DNA from: a virus
Lineage: Duplodnaviria; Caudoviricetes
Length of the DNA: 51,410 bases
Direction: 5' to 3' (one strand)
IMG/VR virus record: IMGVR_UViG_3300048574_000548
Span: 1 to 51,410 of that record
The translations under genes were made by a program, and so were the position numbers. The notes beneath the pieces are model-generated. The model saw only the letters and a list, made by a program, of their open reading frames with translations, did not search any database and had not been told where the DNA came from. Below are positions 46,430-51,410 of this stretch, one piece after another. How positions within the stretch are numbered: position 1 is the stretch's first letter; each line of letters begins with the position of its first letter.

Positions 46430-46948
46430 ATGGCAGATATAAAGAAATTAGCTCCTATAATCCTGAAATGGGAAGGTGGCTTTGTCAACGATCCGTTGGA
46501 TGCAGGCGGCGCTACCAATATGGGTGTAACGATTGCTACCTGGCGGCAAGTGGGATATGACAAGGACGGTGACGGCGATATCGATATGCAAGACATGAAG
46601 CTGCTGACGAAAGCAGACTTTGAAAAAGTACTACGCATCTACTGGAACCGGTGGAAAGCCGATCAGATCAATAATCAATCCCTGGCAAATCTGCTGGTGG
46701 ATTGGGTATGGGGTAGTGGGACATGGGGAATTAAAACCCCCCAGCAAATACTTGGTCTGAAACAGGATGGGATTGTTGGTCCAGCAACGTTGAAGGCAGT
46801 AAACGGTGCAGATCAAAATAAACTATTTGCGCAGATCTATGCGGCCCGGATCAATTTCCTGGAAGGAATCGTAACACGACGGCCATCGCAGAAGCGATTT
46901 ATTAAGGGCTGGAAAAACAGGCTTGCAGATTTTAAATACTATAATTAA
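46430..46948 (+). CDS. Endolysin, glycoside hydrolase 108 family with peptidoglycan-binding domain
   Basis: [38 protein letters not shown]. Confidence 0.9.
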   Translation: MADIKKLAPIILKWEGGFVNDPLDAGGATNMGVTIATWRQVGYDKDGDGDIDMQDMKLLTKADFEKVLRIYWNRWKADQINNQSLANLLVDWVWGSGTWGIKTPQQILGLKQDGIVGPATLKAVNGADQNKLFAQIYAARINFLEGIVTRRPSQKRFIKGWKNRLADFKYYN

Positions 46949-46953
46949 ATAAA

Positions 46954-47338
46954 ATGATTATGTGGAGAGAGGTAAAAGGTTTTGAAGGTTTATATCAAAT
47001 ATCAATAAATGGAGAAGTCAGAAGCTCTGGAAAACTTCGGAAAATCAGAAATCATGTGCAATATTATCCTCCCAAAATATTAAAGCAATCCCTATCAAAT
47101 AAAGGGTATAAAACTGTGTCACTTTGGAAAGACGGGGTTAAAAAAAACTATTGGTATACATAGGATTATTGCAGATTCCTTTATCCCAAATATCGAATCA
47201 CTTTCTCAGGTAAATCATAAAAATGGGATTAAGACTGACAATCGTATTGATAATTTAGAATGGATTTCGCCATCGGGGAATGCTTTGCATGCTATAAGCA
47301 TAGGGCTAAGGAGGTTTCCAAGAAAATCACAACAATAG
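46954..47338 (+). pseudogene. NUMOD4-HNH homing endonuclease, frameshifted at A8 (47140-47147)
   Basis: WREVKGFEGLYQISINGEVRS, then the +1 frame gives IHRIIADSFIPN...VNHKNGIKTDNRIDNLEW. Confidence 0.8.
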
Positions 47339-47379
47339 TTAACTCCAAGTAACGGTTTTCTCATAAGCAGTTTTGGTTC

Positions 47380-47410
47380 GCCCTGGAGTGTCTACTCCGG
47401 GGCTTTTATT
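47380..47410 (+). terminator. Terminator closing the late/lysis operon
   Basis: GCCCTGGAGT GTCT ACTCCGGGGC TTTTATT. Confidence 0.8.
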
Positions 47411-47603
47411 TCCAATTATTTCTATGCCCTAAATGAGTTTGCAGTATTTTTTCTGCAAAGTCAATTTCTGTTTGAATAAATTGATCTGTATAAGCTGGCC
47501 TATCTTTTAGGTAGGAGATCATCTTTCGATATTGGGTAACAAGTTCCTCATAGGTGATCTTATTAACTTCTGTAGTTTCGGGGAATAGCTTTTTAATGTC
47601 CAT
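47406..47603 (-). CDS. Small hypothetical protein (moron)
   Basis: TAGATTG -7-like element 4 nt before the ATG. Confidence 0.6.
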   Translation of the reverse strand: MDIKKLFPETTEVNKITYEELVTQYRKMISYLKDRPAYTDQFIQTEIDFAEKILQTHLGHRNNWK

Positions 47604-47862
47604 CCCGCAATCTACTTCAGATGGGTAGGCTGTTTAAAGGGGAAAAATCCGGTATTTTTTATACCATTCATCCCAAATCGAGACACTTGTATAACAATTG
47701 GCACTATATTGCGTTATATAATAAAGAAGGCCATCCTCGTTTTAGCAGTTGAGTGATGGCCTTTGTTTTGCCGGTTAAGGATACCGGTACCTGATTACCT
47801 GTTAGGCATTCTAAGGATACATGATCCTTACTAACCTCATTTCTTACCAATGGTGATCAAAT

Positions 47863-47952
47863 CTAAGCAGCCTGACCAAGCTTTTTAGGCTCAGTCTGAG
47901 TGATGGATTTAATCAGCCTAATTAGAGCGATCTTTTTACAAAGGTCTCTCAT
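47863..47952 (-). pseudogene. Possible XRE-HTH remnant
   Basis: MRDLCKKIALIRLIKSITQTEPKKLGQAA* resembles the start of an XRE domain. Confidence 0.3.
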
Positions 47953-47954
47953 TT

Positions 47955-48131
47955 GTTATAACATTTAGATTCTGAAAACGGCACTTCATGGCGGCACAGG
48001 TTGCCAGTCGTGTAGAAACACAACAAAAAAGCCCGGTTTCGAACCCGGGCTAAAAGTTTACTGTAAAACACAAAGGGATAGGTGAATGGCGTGTTTTCAG
48101 GAATGCTAAAAGTATAACGTTTGCAAAGGTA
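47955..48131 (-). ncRNA. Structured leader or ncRNA with internal terminator
   Basis: TACCTTTG promoter at 48124-48131; long-range pairing 47955-47989 with 48083-48118; hairpin 48030-48051 plus U6. Confidence 0.45.
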
Positions 48132-48467
48132 GAGAAATGAAATTAAAGATGTATAGTAAAACTACTCCGAACTCCTTGTAGTGTTTTTACTATAAAGCGA
48201 TAAAAGCAGTTTCGGGCGAGGAATATTAATTATTTGGCAGATTGGATAAATATATATTATATTTATCCCGGTTTTCACTCCTTAATTTAATTCAACGCCT
48301 CAGTGATTCAGACTGGGGCGTTCCTGTTCAAAGAACTTACCCAAATTTAAGTATTCTTTATCAACCACCACCAAATGTTTATATAAAACATTGAAGTTTT
48401 TCATAAGGGGTTGTGCGTAAGTAATCAATAACTAGAATAATGATTCATAATATATAAATAAAGAAAG

Positions 48468-48749
48468 ATGTGGGATAGGGATAATATTGATTTTCTGCTA
48501 TTTAAGTTGGTTGAAGCCCAGGAAAAACTCACAGTGATTAAAAACGAAGTACTGGAGCTGCGATCTGCCATCCACCGGCACACGTTGCGCAATAAAAACA
48601 CTCTTACCAGTAGGGACCAATATATCTATGTGCAGCATATCCTGGGAGATTCCTTCGAAAGCCTGGCAGCAGAATATAAGCTATCTCCCTTAACTATCCG
48701 AGATATCTGCAGTCGGGAAAAGCTGAAATTAAAAAGAGCCAGCGGGTAA
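48468..48749 (+). CDS. Small protein with C-terminal HTH (Mor/sigma-R4-like)
   Basis: RDQYIY...GDSFESLAAEYKLSPLTIRDIC. Confidence 0.65.
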   Translation: MWDRDNIDFLLFKLVEAQEKLTVIKNEVLELRSAIHRHTLRNKNTLTSRDQYIYVQHILGDSFESLAAEYKLSPLTIRDICSREKLKLKRASG

Positions 48750-48933
48750 TCGCCGACTCCGGCCAAAAGGCCTGTGAACTCACTACAAACAAAGATCCTG
48801 GCCACTGTTCATATAGCCGGGAAAAACACTGGAAATTTCCGTTTTTGCACAAAATGCTAAATTGTTTAGTTTTTCGCTACTTTTACTTTCCCTTGAAATA
48901 TTATACACTATATATCCAATTCCGCGGCAAAGG

Positions 48934-49129
48934 CATGGCCATGCAGGTTCATCAATATGATACCTTCTACCTGGTAGGGCTGAATGAAGAAAGTGTATTG
49001 CAAGATTTTGGCGGATGCTTGCAGTTTGATATCAACGGGAATTATGTGACCGGTACAAAGTCAACGCCGAGGGATGCCGTGGATTTATACCGGGTGATAA
49101 GATCAGCGCTAATTGAGCGAAATAAATAA
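48934..49129 (+). CDS. Hypothetical protein
   Basis: 3' part of the 48845 ORF; start uncertain. Confidence 0.4.
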
Positions 49130-49280
49130 CTGGCGGAAGAAAAAGTGCTCGCCATTGCCAGGGCGATTGGTAACAAAATAAAAACCAGGTGACCAATTAA
49201 GCAATATCCACAAGGTTTGCCATATCATGTTCGAAGTATTTTATTGTTGAGTGAGTAAGCAACAGTTTAAACAATAAAAT

Positions 49281-50072
49281 ATGAAGATTAGAATGAAAAC
49301 ACCGCTTAGTTATTATGGCGGTAAACAGAAGCTGGCAGCTACAATTGTAAAATCAATCCCTCCACATACGTTATACGGCGAACCCTTTATAGGCGGTGCT
49401 GCAGTATTCTTTGCAAAAGACCCTTCAGACGTGGAAGTATTGAATGATACCAATAAGGAGTTGATTAACTTTTACCATGTTGCTCAAAACCGGTTTGTGG
49501 ATCTGGAAGCCATGGTACGAACAACACTACATAGCCGGCGCCTATACGAAGATGCATGCGCCGTGTATTCTCATCCTCATCTTTTTGATGAAGTAAAAAG
49601 GGCCTGGGCTGTTTGGGTATTAAGCAGCCAGACTTTCAGCAGCATGCTGGAAGGAACATGGGGTTACGACAAGAAGGGAAACACTACCACGCAAAAGATA
49701 TCTAATAAAAGGACGTCTTTTACAGAACAGATCGCTATTCGCCTGCAGAATGTGCAACTGGAATGCGCTGATGCATTGTATGTTATTCAGAGTAGGGATA
49801 CCCCCGACAGTTTCTTTTATGTGGATCCTCCTTATTTCAACAGCAACTGCGGTCATTACAATGGTTACACTGAAGATGATTTTAAGGCGCTTCTGGAGGT
49901 CCTCGGCCAGATAAAGGGAAAGTTTCTACTGAGCAGTTATCCTTCGGAATTATTGACAGAAATCGCCAATAGAAGCGGCTGGCATACCAAGTCGGTCCAG
50001 CAGGCTGTAAGTGTTAATAAGGGATATGGAAAAAAGAAGGTTGAAGTGTTGACAGCTAACTATCCAATTTAA
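49281..50072 (+). CDS. D12-class N6-adenine DNA methyltransferase
   Basis: YYGGKQKL, EPFIGGAAV, EVLND, FFYVDPPY. Confidence 0.92.
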   Translation: MKIRMKTPLSYYGGKQKLAATIVKSIPPHTLYGEPFIGGAAVFFAKDPSDVEVLNDTNKELINFYHVAQNRFVDLEAMVRTTLHSRRLYEDACAVYSHPHLFDEVKRAWAVWVLSSQTFSSMLEGTWGYDKKGNTTTQKISNKRTSFTEQIAIRLQNVQLECADALYVIQSRDTPDSFFYVDPPYFNSNCGHYNGYTEDDFKALLEVLGQIKGKFLLSSYPSELLTEIANRSGWHTKSVQQAVSVNKGYGKKKVEVLTANYPI

Positions 50073-50222
50073 AAGAAGGGCCCGGACGGACAGATGGGGG
50101 TTGCGAACTCTCATCAATCAGAAATGCAGCTTTCGCTGCAAATCCTGTCCGGGCTTTATTGTTGAATAAATAAGCCGGAAGGATTCTGATTGATTATTTT
50201 GAGAGTTCGCGGTGCAAATATA
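50071..50222 (-). ncRNA. Structured RNA between methylase and integrase 3' ends
   Basis: TATATTTG promoter at 50215-50222; 11-bp stems, GAAA tetraloop on the minus strand, crossing 8-bp pairing. Confidence 0.55.
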
Positions 50223-50243
50223 GGCAACTGAGATGTATTATTA

Positions 50244-51410
50244 CTATGCTACCATAGCATCCCTAAATACATCATTTTGAATCAACCCTAAGCTCTTCAG
50301 ATAAATCATCGTTGTATTAAGATCTCTGTGACGAAGCTGGCGCATGATTGCATAGATATCCTTATTGGTTAGGTAATATGCCTTGCAGACGCCCGAGTGT
50401 TTCCAGGAATACAAACCTTTCTCAGAATCTATCCCCAAATTTTTGACAATAATATTGTGCCTGGTAGATATATGGTTAGGATTGCAATACCTGGAGCTAC
50501 ACGTTTGCAAACCTTTACCGAATACATAATCTTCAGGGGAATACTTATGTAGTTCCATTTCCTGTAATATTGGCTCCAATCCTATAGGTATAATTACGCT
50601 CTCTTGGCTATTGTTTTTTGCACTTTCGCCGGGAATGGTAATGGTCTTATTAAGTAGATCGATGTGCTTTACTTTAATAAATGTTAACTCAGTTCTCCGG
50701 ATGAAGCAGAAGTACATGAATTGTGTGTAATAGTATAACCTCAGGTCGTGTTCTTCAAAATAGGCCTCCAAATCTTCCTTTTCCTTATCAGTATAGGCAT
50801 GATTTCGACCAACCGTTTGCGTTTTTCTTTTTACAGACCGGAAGGGGTTCTTTGTGATCCATTCTCTTTCAACAAAGCAATTGAAGAATGTCCGCAGCAC
50901 TATGAGGTGATCATTGAATGTTCTGCCAGAATATTCTTTAGTTAGCAACAACCAATCCATATACTCTTGAGCCATGGCAGGCGTAAATAAATTAATCCTT
51001 CTTGATGACAGTGATTTTGCTTCTGCCCATTCCAGGAGTAGCTTGCAGATATAAGCGTAAGCATACCGTGATTTACTACGGATGGTTTTCTCTTTAATTT
51101 TCCGGATGTATTCTACGGCGTCTTTTAAAGAGTAGATTTGAATTATAGCAGTCTTGTCATTTTTGAGAGGGTTCCAGCCGGCAGTCAGCTCTTCTTTTAA
51201 CAAGCGCCTTAGATCATTTGCTGCCGGCAGACGCTCCTTTAAAGTCTTGCATTCATTGATGCCGGCCTTGTATCTTTTCTGAACCCATTGCTTTTTGGGA
51301 TCTGGTTCATCGGCATTAAAAAACCGGAACCATACATACCAGTCAACTGACATGTCATGCGATTCCGGTGAGATTTTTGGCTCTGTGTAGTGCTTTGAAT
51401 TGATGGACAT
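50244..51410 (-). CDS. int: Tyrosine recombinase/integrase
   Basis: FIRRTEL, KNN, LYSWKH, RQLRH, TTMIY; SAM-like core-binding region. Confidence 0.92.
   Translation of the reverse strand: MSINSKHYTEPKISPESHDMSVDWYVWFRFFNADEPDPKKQWVQKRYKAGINECKTLKERLPAANDLRRLLKEELTAGWNPLKNDKTAIIQIYSLKDAVEYIRKIKEKTIRSKSRYAYAYICKLLLEWAEAKSLSSRRINLFTPAMAQEYMDWLLLTKEYSGRTFNDHLIVLRTFFNCFVEREWITKNPFRSVKRKTQTVGRNHAYTDKEKEDLEAYFEEHDLRLYYYTQFMYFCFIRRTELTFIKVKHIDLLNKTITIPGESAKNNSQESVIIPIGLEPILQEMELHKYSPEDYVFGKGLQTCSSRYCNPNHISTRHNIIVKNLGIDSEKGLYSWKHSGVCKAYYLTNKDIYAIMRQLRHRDLNTTMIYLKSLGLIQNDVFRDAMVA

Larger units (their letters stand above)
1..51410. mobile_element. Temperate siphovirus genome/prophage of a Bacteroidota host (near complete)
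   Basis: Complete modular order: early, recombination, replication, terminase, portal, capsid, tail with tape measure and no sheath, lysis, integrase. Confidence 0.95.

Noticed and set aside
1644-48024. Cas12a-like repeats (TCTAC hairpins)
   Set aside because: TCTAC forms the loop and 3' arm rather than pairing with GTAGA, the copies are dispersed, and there is no array
48750-48900. attP core
   Set aside because: Non-coding and AT-rich, but I could not see a tRNA 3'-end copy or repeated arm-type sites
49281-50072. Restriction-modification system
   Set aside because: No adjacent endonuclease-sized ORF; appears to be an orphan methylase of unknown specificity
1-51410. Stop-codon reassignment
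   Set aside because: Standard code 11 gives dense, full-length structural genes, and TAG, TGA and TAA all end plausible genes

Overview
A nearly complete temperate siphovirus genome or prophage of a Bacteroidota host. The host is probably Chitinophagaceae-like, judging by TAnnTTTG-type promoters, signal peptides followed by Gln, and a PKD/hydrolase/RCC1 protein. Gene order: Cro-like HTH and small early genes with an initiator tRNA-Met (1-3.2 kb); RecT/RecE-like recombination, ParB, HNH, SNF2 helicase, a replication initiator with an internal iteron origin, and a RuvC-like resolvase (3.2-13.4 kb); accessory genes; packaging and head genes, including a MuF minor head protein fused to an ADP-ribosyltransferase and an antisense moron operon (15.8-26.5 kb); a non-contractile tail (26.5-37.7 kb); four signal-peptide-bearing proteins (37.7-45.3 kb); lysis genes; an RNA-structure-rich cargo region; a D12-class DNA adenine methylase; and a leftward tyrosine integrase. 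No cI repressor or att core was identified. Most notable: (1) a tail-fibre-like protein and a large multi-esterase protein with Sec signal peptides inside the late region; (2) an identical 27-bp dyad box in three places, each exactly 59 bp upstream of an ATA(G/C)TTT -7-like element, i.e. a probable activator-dependent late promoter, one copy of which abuts a divergent moron promoter; (3) a MuF-ART toxin with an unannotated convergent 46-aa ORF that has its own promoter; (4) structured non-coding elements near the integrase. All family assignments come from motif recognition by eye, not database searches.
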